From contig NZ_CP026681.1 of NCBI RefSeq assembly GCF_002949735.1, positions 5,660,771 to 5,700,770 on the forward strand: a DNA stretch of 40,000 bases. The letters are read 5' to 3'. The position numbers were made by a program, and so were the translations under genes. The notes beneath the pieces are model-generated. The model had not been told where the DNA came from. It searched no databases and worked only from the letters and a program-made list of their open reading frames with translations. Of this stretch, positions 16,037-25,415 are shown in pieces (position 1 is the first letter of the stretch; every line of letters begins with the position of its first letter). Source of the stretch: Nostoc sp. 'Peltigera membranacea cyanobiont' N6 (GTDB taxonomy: Bacteria > Cyanobacteriota > Cyanobacteriia > Cyanobacteriales > Nostocaceae).

Positions 16037-18203
16037 ATCACCCTTAACAAAACCCTTGGTTTCAACTAGCACAATTTCATGCCCTCGTATACTAATTATT
16101 ACTTCTTGTACTGGAAAAAAGCTTCATAACCCAACAAATCAGCTGACAATAGAAGATTTTAAAGACACAGAGAGATTAAAAGAACGCACACAATCACTTT
16201 CAGAATTCTCTTGTCCGTCTGGCCAGATGTACACAGGGCTGCAACATCTACGGCTAATGGAGGGGGTGGATATCCTGCGATCTGCCCTTGGCGGCAGCGC
16301 TTCGCTATCGCATTTTGGAAAAGAAGCAGTGGATGTAAAAATCATTTCAGCAGGTTATGGGCTAATCCCGGAAGACAAAGCGATCGTTCCCTACTCTGTC
16401 ACCTTTAATTCGATGAAGAATGATGAAGTCTATTCGTGGGGGAATTATCTCAGAATCCATGAAGATTTTCAACAGGAAATTGTCGGATATGATTTAATAT
16501 TTGTCTTACTTGGGGATAAATACCTGCGTACTTTAAAGCTACCAGTTAAGACTCATTCCCACCAAACTTTCATTTTTTTTGCTTCAAATAAAAGTATAAA
16601 TTATATAGATTCAGGTAATGCCAAGCTATTAACTTTAACTCTTTCCAATAAGTCTGCATCGCGTTTTAGCTGTGCCTTAGTGGGTTTAAAGGGGCATCTG
16701 CTAAAGCTGATTGCTACTGAAGCCAGCAGAGTTTCACATTTATTGGAAAGTATATATAATAATCCAGAAACATTAGAAGAACTTCTAAATAAACAACCAA
16801 ATCCGTTAGAACTACCTCTTGGAATTTCATTTTCAACGGAGAGGAAATTAAATTTTCAGAATAAAAGCCATAGAAAAAGTAAATATACAGAAGAAGAGTT
16901 ATGTTCTATTCTAAAATTACCAGTTGCAGTTAATCAGCATTTAAAAATGCAATATTTTATTCCTGAATGGGATGATAAAGTAGATGCTGGATATGACTTT
17001 TTACAGGATAAATTTAGTCCTAATCGTAAGGCTTGCAAAGATGACATTTATGCTCATGAAGAAAAAATATATGAAAAGCCCAACTATGACGGTATTTTAG
17101 TATCTAAGATAGTTGTTGATAAGAGAAAATCCAAAAGAAATGATATAGAAGCAGCAGGAGGCATCCAAAAATATTTAAAATTCTCAGGAGAAATTATGGG
17201 GGATTGTGGAGCTTTTGGATATATCAAGCAGCCAGAACCTCCATATAATACTATAGAAATTTTAGATTATTATCAGCGGCTAGGCTTCCATTATGGGGTA
17301 AGTATTGACCACTTAATTGTTGGTCCATTTGCACAGCCTGGAATTAGAGAAGAACGTTACGATCTTACTTTGCGAAACGCAGAGGAATTTATATCAAAAC
17401 ACCAAAAATTTGGATATACATTTACCCCTATTGGTGTCGCTCAAGGTTGGAGTCCTGAAACTTATGCTGAGGCAGTAAAAAAACTGGTTGAAATGGAATA
17501 TGACTATATTGCTATAGGAGGAGTTGCCAGGACACCAACCATAGAAATTCTAGAAATATTGAAAGAAGTTTATCAACATTTAACATCCAAAACTAGATTA
17601 CATTTATTTGGAGTAGGACGTATTGATGCTCTTCCTTATTTCCGCCATTTGGGGGTAACTAGTTTTGACTCAGCAAGCCCATTACGTAAAGCTTGGTTTG
17701 ATGCAGTAGAGAATTATCATACTTTAAGTGGTAAAGCTTACGCTGCTGTGCGTATTCCTTTTGTAGATAAGCAGTCACAACGAATTAAACATTTGTTATC
17801 GTCAGGTTATGAACGTGAAACTCTCAAGCAGCTTGAGCAAGAAGCATTAAAAGCTATTCGGGAATATGATAAAGGCAATATATCACTAGATGAATCTCTT
17901 AAGAAATTACTTGCTTACGATGAGTTATTAGAATTACCTCGCGACGGTATAGTAAACCCGACAGCTAAAGCTAGGCGTTTAAGACAACACACTCAATTGT
18001 ATAGGGAATTATTAGAAGTAAAACCTTGGCAGGAATGTGAGTGTAAAATCTGTCAAAACCCAGACTGTAGAGTAGAAACAATTATTTTTCGTGGTAATGA
18101 CCGTAATCGTAGACGTGGTTTTCACAACACTTATGTATTTTATAAGCGGTTTCGAGAATTTCTGAATGCTGAAAATTGTAATATTGATAGTACGAAAGAG
18201 TAA
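16023..18203 (+). CDS. dpdA: fusion protein: N-terminal YaaA/DUF328-like (or DUF6884-like) domain plus C-terminal TGT-fold DNA transglycosylase-like (DpdA-like) domain
   Basis: N-terminal half: ILIITSCTGKK, MYTGL, IISAGYGLIPEDKAIVPYSVTF and FVLLGDKYLRTL parallel YaaA's [35 protein letters not shown] and NLASDEYFKSV. C-terminal half: YFIPEWDD, GDCGAFGY (TGT DSGGFQ), IAIGGVAR (GGLSVGE), VTSFDSASP (catalytic Asp segment), and the zinc site CECKIC...GFHN (CxCxxC...H). The ORF overlaps the queD stop by 8-14 nt. Confidence 0.7.
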   Translation: MKMTKSPLTKPLVSTSTISCPRILIITSCTGKKLHNPTNQLTIEDFKDTERLKERTQSLSEFSCPSGQMYTGLQHLRLMEGVDILRSALGGSASLSHFGKEAVDVKIISAGYGLIPEDKAIVPYSVTFNSMKNDEVYSWGNYLRIHEDFQQEIVGYDLIFVLLGDKYLRTLKLPVKTHSHQTFIFFASNKSINYIDSGNAKLLTLTLSNKSASRFSCALVGLKGHLLKLIATEASRVSHLLESIYNNPETLEELLNKQPNPLELPLGISFSTERKLNFQNKSHRKSKYTEEELCSILKLPVAVNQHLKMQYFIPEWDDKVDAGYDFLQDKFSPNRKACKDDIYAHEEKIYEKPNYDGILVSKIVVDKRKSKRNDIEAAGGIQKYLKFSGEIMGDCGAFGYIKQPEPPYNTIEILDYYQRLGFHYGVSIDHLIVGPFAQPGIREERYDLTLRNAEEFISKHQKFGYTFTPIGVAQGWSPETYAEAVKKLVEMEYDYIAIGGVARTPTIEILEILKEVYQHLTSKTRLHLFGVGRIDALPYFRHLGVTSFDSASPLRKAWFDAVENYHTLSGKAYAAVRIPFVDKQSQRIKHLLSSGYERETLKQLEQEALKAIREYDKGNISLDESLKKLLAYDELLELPRDGIVNPTAKARRLRQHTQLYRELLEVKPWQECECKICQNPDCRVETIIFRGNDRNRRRGFHNTYVFYKRFREFLNAENCNIDSTKE

Positions 18204-18252
18204 ATCTAATCTAGAATTTAGATAAACTCAATTCTACTTTATTAAGATAGAT

Positions 18253-19080
18253 ATGAATATTGAACATAAGTTCCTTCCAGTATTTTCAGTAGACTGGTTA
18301 GGTTTATTCAATAGATTAAGGAATTTACAAGGTAATTACGGTATCTTGGCACCTATCTCATCTAACAAAAGTCTTTTAAGAGATATCCGTAATTTTAATA
18401 AACCTTTTTTTATAGATAGTGGCGTTTTTGGTAATCAAGATTTTCCTTGGTATTATGAAACATATTCTGAATACTTTTATAATCGTTGGGTACGTAAACG
18501 AAAATTTGCTTCTGAACAACATTTGCGGCATAAAATCAGAGAATATCTAGAACGCTGCGATCAATTTTCGCCTGATTTTATTTTTACACAAGATATTTTT
18601 GGAGAGCCATTACTATCACTTCATTTAGCTAGATTAACTTGGGAAGAGTATTGGCAAAAGCCAAGGAAATATACTTTGATTGGTGTTGTTCAAGTAGGAT
18701 ATTCAATTTATAATTGGCAACAAAAGTTGGTTCCTCAATTAAATTCTTTTCCTCCTCATTATGATTCACCCAAAAGTTTTTTAACTTCTTTGATTAGTGT
18801 TTATCGGGATATTGGTTATGATTACATCGCCTTGGGCGGATTGTTGAAAGTTGATAAAACTAGAACTACAGGCTTAAAATTTGGTTTGTCTGTAGAGCAA
18901 CTTGATGAACTATTAGCTTGGAGCCGACCAGAATTTGTCTTGGGAGGACTGTCGTTAACCCGAACAGAAGTGTTGAGAAAACACAATGTCTGGGCAGATT
19001 CTACTGGTTGGTTGTGGTGGAACGAGCAATATGACAGCAAGTTTCGTAACAGGAATGGTTTCCAAGAAGTTTTAATGTAG
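18253..19080 (+). CDS. second, short TGT-fold (DpdA-like) paralogue lacking the C-terminal zinc site
   Basis: FFIDSGVFGN (DSGGFQ-like), YIALGGLLKV (GGLSVGE-like) and VWADSTGW (FDSxxP-like Asp). The protein ends without a CxCxxC...H motif. Confidence 0.5.
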   Translation: MNIEHKFLPVFSVDWLGLFNRLRNLQGNYGILAPISSNKSLLRDIRNFNKPFFIDSGVFGNQDFPWYYETYSEYFYNRWVRKRKFASEQHLRHKIREYLERCDQFSPDFIFTQDIFGEPLLSLHLARLTWEEYWQKPRKYTLIGVVQVGYSIYNWQQKLVPQLNSFPPHYDSPKSFLTSLISVYRDIGYDYIALGGLLKVDKTRTTGLKFGLSVEQLDELLAWSRPEFVLGGLSLTRTEVLRKHNVWADSTGWLWWNEQYDSKFRNRNGFQEVLM

Positions 19081-19485
19081 CTACTATTTGTTATTTATCC
19101 AGTACTTTTACTGATTTCTGTGTTTAGAACAATAAATTATTGGTTTTTCTTTTTAAGGAAAGCATAATAAATATATACTTATCTACCTCTGGGTGCCTAC
19201 TGGTAAATTTATTGTGATGCAAATTGCTTTCTTACAAACCAAGCTGCAAAAATTAGCAAATTGGAAAATATATGGTGACAAGTTAGTTTGTGACTCACCT
19301 TTTACCACAGTAGTAGGACACCTAGAGTTATGCTGTTGCCTAAGTTTAGATTATGCTAGGCTCCGCGTTAACGGTGTCTCTCTGTTAGAGAAGCTATCTT
19401 GGAAGAAGCGAATAGCACGCGGATACGAGACGCTATGTGCGTGCTACAGGAAGGTTAATGCTAACGTACTTAGTGGACTTGGAGT

Positions 19486-22400
19486 ATGATAACACTTGGT
19501 TCGTTGGTACGTTCCCGAAACAACAGCTTGGGCATAGGGAAGGTAATCGATATATCTGATACCCAGGCAAATGTTGAGTATTTTTGCTCAGTTGGGCAAC
19601 GGATAGAAAAAAGCTTACCCTTAAGTTCGCTATCTCAGTTGAAACTAGAGCGCCAAACTCGATGCTATATTTACCCGGAAAGCCAAGAAGCATGGCTGAT
19701 TGGCAGAATTTACGAGTGGGATGAGGAACTTTATCAGTATCGCATTGACTTACCTGATAAAAAGACGATCGCAGTTAGCGAAGAACAAGTATACGTGCGT
19801 TGCAATTTACCTCAAGCAGACCCCATCGAGACTCTAGCAATGAAGGGGCAAGAAACGCCCTATTTTCACGATAGACGCTTTGCTTTTGTTAAATGCTTAA
19901 TTTTACAACGCGCTGTCAGTCGGGGAATGACGGGATTAATTTCCGCCAATATTAAGCTTTATCCACATCAAGTTGAAGTTGTCCGTCGTGTACTCGAAGA
20001 TCCGATTCAACGATATTTATTAGCGGATGAAGTTGGACTGGGAAAAACCATCGAAGCTGGTGCTATTCTTCGTCAATATTTATTAGATGAACCTTCTGGA
20101 CGTGCGGTAGTGCTAGTTCCGCAATATTTACTGGAACAATGGCAGCAGGAATTAGAAAATAAGTTTTACATCTCCCACTTTCTCAAACGGGTAGCAGTGC
20201 TGGCGGTTGAGGATATCCACAAAATCAACCCAAAAGCGAATATTGGCTTGCTAATTTTAGATGAAGCACACCACATTGCAGCAATGGCGACTTCTAAGGA
20301 TACAACTGTGCTACAGCGTTTTGAGACTTGCAAAAATATTGCCCATAAAAGCGATCGCCTGCTTCTACTCTCGGCTACCCCGGTTCTCAACCACGAGCAG
20401 GATTTTCTCGCCATGCTGCATCTGCTCGATCCGACAACCTATAAACTTGATGACTTAGCAGGTTTTCGTGAAAGGGTAGTAAAACGCCAAGATATTGGTC
20501 GAATTCTCCTGTCATTTAAAGAAGGTGCAAACCCTTTCGTCTTGAAAACTAATCTCAAAAATCTCCGTAACCTGTTTGCTCAAGATAACTATTTACTGGA
20601 ATTGGCTGACAATCTAGAAAATAGTTTACAAGCAAAGGCTGGCGATACAGTTGAAATTGTCAGGGCAATTCGTATCCATATTAGCGATACCTACAGACTT
20701 CACAGAAGGATGCTTCGCAATCGTCGTGCTTCTGTAGAAGATGTAATTTTTGACCGTAATATTACACTGAGAACTGAGTATGATTTAGATGAGCGATCGC
20801 CTGACATCCACGAACTAATTGAAGAGTGGCGTGATGTAGCTCCTGATGACAAACAATATCACCACATTTTTTTATTGTTTTTCCGTGCTTCTGGTACTTG
20901 GCTGGGTATTTTAAAACAGGTAATTCAAGCACGTTTAAGTAGTGAGACAGCGCTGCGGGAGGGTTTCCCTCCGCAGGCGACTGCGTTCCCCGAAGGGGTT
21001 CTCGAAGAGTACACGAAGGGTATATCCACTGCGGAATTAATTCAGGAGTTTGGCGCTGATAGTGTTCGCATCCTGACTGAAACTCCTAAATTTGCTGGGG
21101 AAGCAGAGATTTTGCAAAGCCTACTGCAAATTATAGAACAACCTTCAGAGGATGGCGATCGCCTTGAATTACTCAAGACAGTTATCCTCTATCAACTCTG
21201 CGAACCTTTAAAATTACAATCCTTGAAATCCAACCTCCCTAAATTGCTTGCAGAGGTTCAAAAACGGCTAAAAAGACCGATGCCGGGAGATAGTCTGCCC
21301 AAAATTGTTATATTTACCAGTTTTGTGCAAACTTGCGCTGAAATTGTCCGTTATTTGAGCGATCGTTTTGGTGAGGGGACTATCGTCAGTCATCAAGTTG
21401 GACAAACTCCCTCTCAAGTAGAGGAGAACTTAAATCGGTTTAAAAAAGACCCCAAATGCTTTATTTTAGTTTGCGACTCCTCCGGCGAAGAAGGTCGTAA
21501 CTTACAATTTACCAACTACATGATATGTTTTGACTTGCCTTGGTCGCCAAATCGCCTAGAACAAAGAATTGGTAGGATAGATCGGATTGGTCGTCTATTG
21601 AAAGTTGAGTTTACAGTATTTGCTGGCGTAGACTTACCCGATAGTCTCCATGATGCATGGTATCGCTTATTAAAAGAAGGGTTTAATATCTTTAGACAAT
21701 CTATTGCTAGTCTCCAATTTTATGTAGATGAAAAATTACCTGTATTAGCAGAAATATTGTTTAAATCGGGTGCAAATGGACTATTAGAAAGTATAGAAGT
21801 AATTCAAAAAGAAATTGAGCAGGAACAAGTCAAAATTAGCGAACAGAACGCCCTAGATGAAATTGATGCTCTGGATGAGAATGCTACCCAATATTTTCAA
21901 GCTTTAGACGATTATGATGCCCGTCATCAGGAAATCCAGCAAGTAACTGAAGATTGGATTTGTGGTGCGTTGGGATTTGAGTCAATTACTAATCCTAATT
22001 TATCGGCACTAAAGCGTTATAAACCTACCGGAAATACATTAATTCCAGCAAATGATTTAAGCAGCAATTTTGCACGGGTTTTAGAAGAATTTGGGACTTT
22101 TAACCGTAGGGTAGCAAATCAACAGCTTGGTGCAAAACTCTACCGCATTGGTGAAAAATTTGTAGACGCACTATCATCTTATATTCATTGGGACGACCGG
22201 GGTCAAGCCTTTGCTATGTGGCGAGTTGCAGAAACTTGGGATTCTGGGGAAGGTGAAGAGTGGTATGGTTTCCGATTGAATTACGTTATTGAAACAAATT
22301 TAACGAATTACAAAAACACCACAAAAGATAAAACTTTGCAAAGACGCGTAGATGGGTTATTCCCTCCAATTGTAGAAAGTGTATTTATTGATGCACGATA

Positions 22401-22869
22401 TGAACCAATGTGTGCGGTTGAAGATGAAACACTATTAAATATCTTGCAACGTCCTTATAATGGCAAGGGCGGTAAATATCGAGATTACAACTTAGCCAAA
22501 AGTCGTTTATCTATTCTTGATAATTTTATTGAGCCTAGCAGTTGGCAAGAATTTTGCCATCAGACGCGTGACACATCTTTAGAATTACTCAGTCAGCGTC
22601 CTGAATTTATTTCATTATGTGAAAATAGCGCCATCCGTGCTGGACAAAAATTAGGTAAGAGACTAGACCAATTGCGCTTGCGTCTCAACCGACTTACTAA
22701 CCAAGAGCGTATTTCTAATAACGTACTGGAGCAAGAACTCAATAACGAAATGGCATTAAACCAAGTAATTATCGAAGGAATTCGTCATCCTACCATTCGT
22801 CTTGATTCTGTTGGTTTTATTATCGTTTCTGGGCGACCTCCAGCTAAATCTGAGGAGGATGATTTATGA
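19486..22869 (+). CDS. dpdE: SNF2/RapA-family helicase, DpdE-like by position
   Basis: Motif I LLADEVGLGKTIEAG, motif II LILDEAHHI, motif III LLLSATP, motif V GEEGRNLQF, motif VI RLEQRIGRIDRIG. Confidence 0.8.
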   Translation: MITLGSLVRSRNNSLGIGKVIDISDTQANVEYFCSVGQRIEKSLPLSSLSQLKLERQTRCYIYPESQEAWLIGRIYEWDEELYQYRIDLPDKKTIAVSEEQVYVRCNLPQADPIETLAMKGQETPYFHDRRFAFVKCLILQRAVSRGMTGLISANIKLYPHQVEVVRRVLEDPIQRYLLADEVGLGKTIEAGAILRQYLLDEPSGRAVVLVPQYLLEQWQQELENKFYISHFLKRVAVLAVEDIHKINPKANIGLLILDEAHHIAAMATSKDTTVLQRFETCKNIAHKSDRLLLLSATPVLNHEQDFLAMLHLLDPTTYKLDDLAGFRERVVKRQDIGRILLSFKEGANPFVLKTNLKNLRNLFAQDNYLLELADNLENSLQAKAGDTVEIVRAIRIHISDTYRLHRRMLRNRRASVEDVIFDRNITLRTEYDLDERSPDIHELIEEWRDVAPDDKQYHHIFLLFFRASGTWLGILKQVIQARLSSETALREGFPPQATAFPEGVLEEYTKGISTAELIQEFGADSVRILTETPKFAGEAEILQSLLQIIEQPSEDGDRLELLKTVILYQLCEPLKLQSLKSNLPKLLAEVQKRLKRPMPGDSLPKIVIFTSFVQTCAEIVRYLSDRFGEGTIVSHQVGQTPSQVEENLNRFKKDPKCFILVCDSSGEEGRNLQFTNYMICFDLPWSPNRLEQRIGRIDRIGRLLKVEFTVFAGVDLPDSLHDAWYRLLKEGFNIFRQSIASLQFYVDEKLPVLAEILFKSGANGLLESIEVIQKEIEQEQVKISEQNALDEIDALDENATQYFQALDDYDARHQEIQQVTEDWICGALGFESITNPNLSALKRYKPTGNTLIPANDLSSNFARVLEEFGTFNRRVANQQLGAKLYRIGEKFVDALSSYIHWDDRGQAFAMWRVAETWDSGEGEEWYGFRLNYVIETNLTNYKNTTKDKTLQRRVDGLFPPIVESVFIDARYEPMCAVEDETLLNILQRPYNGKGGKYRDYNLAKSRLSILDNFIEPSSWQEFCHQTRDTSLELLSQRPEFISLCENSAIRAGQKLGKRLDQLRLRLNRLTNQERISNNVLEQELNNEMALNQVIIEGIRHPTIRLDSVGFIIVSGRPPAKSEEDDL
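20941..21018. repeat. GC-rich short dispersed-repeat-like element embedded in-frame in the SNF2 helicase ORF
   Basis: gagacagcgctgcgggagggtttccctccgcaggcgactgcgttccccgaaggggttctcgaagagtacacgaag has an imperfect hairpin, ctgcgggaggg-ttt-ccctccgcag (20953-20976). It encodes SETALREGFPPQATAFPEGVLEEYTK. Its composition is unlike the rest of the gene. Confidence 0.45.
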
Positions 22870-25415
22870 TTGACTCATTCTCAGAACTTCGGGAAATTCT
22901 CAAAACAGGTAAAATTCCTGAAGATATTAGCCATGTTTCAGAAGCCTGTCATCGGCGCTTGTTGGATGCACTGCGAAACTCGCCTGGGTCTGCGGATATT
23001 GTTAGTCTAGTGCGTCATGTGTTGCGACGGGAAGATGAAAAACAAGGTGGAAGTTCTGCAACGACTCTTTTAGTACCCCGCAAATCGCCTTTTCCTAATC
23101 GCAGTATTTGGGAGTCGGCTAGCATAACCGTGCTGCGCGAAGATAAAGAACACTATCTCATTAGCGCCCGTCCTTGGCAACCAGAATGGCTTGACCTGGC
23201 TGACCAATATCCGCCAGATGCACCTTTATTTAAAGAAGAAAACCGGCGGAATTATGAACCAGTTGCGGGCGACCCGTTTTTGCAACTCGTAGAGCTAGAC
23301 GCTTATCGTAGTATTGGACAGCGTGAAGCAATTCGCGCTGTTTTGACTGCTCCTGATAATTCAACTTTAGTAATTAACTTACCTACGGGTGCTGGAAAAA
23401 GCCTTTGCGCTCAATTACCTGCATTGCTGAACTCCAGAAATAATAATGGTGTCAGCGTGGTAGTTGTTCCGACTACAGCATTGGCTATTGACCAACAACG
23501 GGCATTAAAACCTTTTGTACACCATGCCACAGCTTATTATAGCGATGATTCTGTCGAGGGTAAAGAAAGAAGAGAAGGGATACGCGATCGCATTCGCGCC
23601 GGAACCCAAAGGATAATTTTTACCTCTCCTGAAAGTTTAATGGATTCTCTGGCATCTGCTCTGTATGAAGCAGCCAAACTAGGGATATTACGGTATTTTA
23701 TTATCGATGAAGCGCACATGGTAGAGCAATGGGGTGATGATTTTCGTCCCGCCTTTCAAGAAATTCCTGGTTTGCGAAGAGATTTATTGCGTCTTAATTC
23801 TTTCACAACTTTATTGCTAACAGCAACTTTAACAGAATCTTGTTTAGATACCCTGGAAACATTATTTGGTCAAGATTTACAAGTTATATCTGCTGTACAG
23901 TTGCGACCAGAGCCTGCTTATTGGTTTAAGAAATGTGAGACTGAAGAACTTAGAAAAGAAAGGCTACTTGAGGCAGTCTATCATCTTCCCCGTCCGTTAA
24001 TTATTTACGGAACTAAAGTTAAAGATGTAGAGGATTGGAAACGAGAATTAACCCGCGCTGGATTTAAAAGATGTGACCTGATGACAGGTAAATCTACTCC
24101 TCAGCAACGGGAGCAACTAATTGAAACATGGCGAGAAGGAAAGATTGATATAGTTGTTGCTACTTCTGCCTTTGGATTAGGTATTGACCAATCAGGTGTC
24201 AGAGCAGTAATTCATGTTTGTATTCCCGAAACCATTGACCGTTTCTATCAAGAAGTTGGACGGGGAGGAAGGGATGGAAAAGCATGTATGTCGCTAACAT
24301 TATATACAACTGAGGACTTCGGAATTGCTCGTGGTTTAAACGAAAAATCGACAATTACTATCGAGAGAGGATTGCAGCGTTGGCAAAGTATGTTTGCGAA
24401 AAAAGAACCCCTAAAAGACGGTAAATATCGCGTGCCTATTAATAATCCTCCCTCTTTACTAGAAACAGATATTGATATGCGAAGTGACCAAAACAGGGCT
24501 TGGAATATCCGCACTTTAACGTTGATGAACCGAGCAAATCTAATTGAAATCGACTCAGAAGAACCTCCCCAGAAAAAAAACTCTGAATCAGAATCTGAAG
24601 AAGCTTATCAAGCAGCTTGGGATTTATACCGAAATTCTCGTAGTATTCGTATCCGCAATCAGCTTCACTTAGAAAAATTCACTTGGGAATCTGAAGTTGA
24701 ACCAGTGCGCCAGGAACGCCAAAACTGGAGTTATAAAAATCTGCAACTAATGAAAGAGGCTTTAAAAGCTAAACGTTGTATTTCAGAAATATTTGAGGAA
24801 GCTTATAGTATTCCCTCACGTCACACTCCAGAAACCAGAAGTCCAGTGAGAGCCTATCGCGCTTGTGGGGGTTGTCCTGTTTGTAGAGAAAATGGGGTGA
24901 AACCGTTTCCAGGAATTATGCCTGGAATTATGCCTGAACCAAGCTCCGTTTGGCAAAAACCAAAATTTTTTGTCGGTGAAGAACTGCAACGCTTGTTGTT
25001 GGGCGATAATTTAATGCTTATTTTTTATGAATATTTAGAAGATAAAAGTAGGAAGCGCCGCATAAATAAAGTGTTGAAATGGTTTGTAGAACAAGGGATG
25101 ATAAATATTATTATCCCTTGTGAGTTACAGGAAACATTGATTAAGGAAGTAAACAGAATTCCAAACGCTTTCATATTTTTATGGGAAACCTATCAGCCAA
25201 GAAAAATGCCACATATTCCTACTCTTATTTTCCATCCTGAAGCAGAACAATTACCTTACAATTATTTATCAAAAAATAGTATGTTTAAGGCTCCGCGCGT
25301 TATTTTACTACCTAAAGATACACCAGATCCCAGTCGAACTGACCGACGACTGATTGATATTTTTTCAGGACGGCAGTTTAAATTTGACTCCTTTTCTACG
25401 GAGATTGGTGTATGA
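22866..25415 (+). CDS. dpdF: RecQ-like DEAD/DEAH-box helicase with ~330-aa C-terminal extension, DpdF-like by position
   Basis: Motif I NLPTGAGKSLCAQLPAL, motif II FIIDEAHMVEQWGDDFRPAF (RecQ DEAHCxSQWGHDFRPxY), LLTATL, VATSAFGLGIDQSGVRAVIH and YQEVGRGGRDG. A Cys cluster CGGCPVC is present. Confidence 0.8.
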   Translation: MIDSFSELREILKTGKIPEDISHVSEACHRRLLDALRNSPGSADIVSLVRHVLRREDEKQGGSSATTLLVPRKSPFPNRSIWESASITVLREDKEHYLISARPWQPEWLDLADQYPPDAPLFKEENRRNYEPVAGDPFLQLVELDAYRSIGQREAIRAVLTAPDNSTLVINLPTGAGKSLCAQLPALLNSRNNNGVSVVVVPTTALAIDQQRALKPFVHHATAYYSDDSVEGKERREGIRDRIRAGTQRIIFTSPESLMDSLASALYEAAKLGILRYFIIDEAHMVEQWGDDFRPAFQEIPGLRRDLLRLNSFTTLLLTATLTESCLDTLETLFGQDLQVISAVQLRPEPAYWFKKCETEELRKERLLEAVYHLPRPLIIYGTKVKDVEDWKRELTRAGFKRCDLMTGKSTPQQREQLIETWREGKIDIVVATSAFGLGIDQSGVRAVIHVCIPETIDRFYQEVGRGGRDGKACMSLTLYTTEDFGIARGLNEKSTITIERGLQRWQSMFAKKEPLKDGKYRVPINNPPSLLETDIDMRSDQNRAWNIRTLTLMNRANLIEIDSEEPPQKKNSESESEEAYQAAWDLYRNSRSIRIRNQLHLEKFTWESEVEPVRQERQNWSYKNLQLMKEALKAKRCISEIFEEAYSIPSRHTPETRSPVRAYRACGGCPVCRENGVKPFPGIMPGIMPEPSSVWQKPKFFVGEELQRLLLGDNLMLIFYEYLEDKSRKRRINKVLKWFVEQGMINIIIPCELQETLIKEVNRIPNAFIFLWETYQPRKMPHIPTLIFHPEAEQLPYNYLSKNSMFKAPRVILLPKDTPDPSRTDRRLIDIFSGRQFKFDSFSTEIGV

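Noticed and set aside
10661-16408. Assorted short nested ORFs (10661, 12357, 13687, 14565, 14677, 14843, 15681, 16139, 16211)
   Set aside because: Each lies inside, or antisense to, a longer ORF that has motif support (transposase remnant, Rep-like, DnaB, PSKN protein, QueD, TGT fusion). None has independent evidence.
19193-19693. ORFs 19193..19489 (+, 98 aa, GTG start, ATGA overlap with the SNF2 start) and 19433..19693 (-) as candidate DpdD-position genes
   Set aside because: The + ORF is Cys-rich with odd composition, has a non-ATG start and no recognisable RBS or motif. The - ORF is antisense to the helicase N-terminus. I treat 19081-19485 as the promoter/leader of the helicase operon. 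Ribo-seq could revive the 98-aa ORF.
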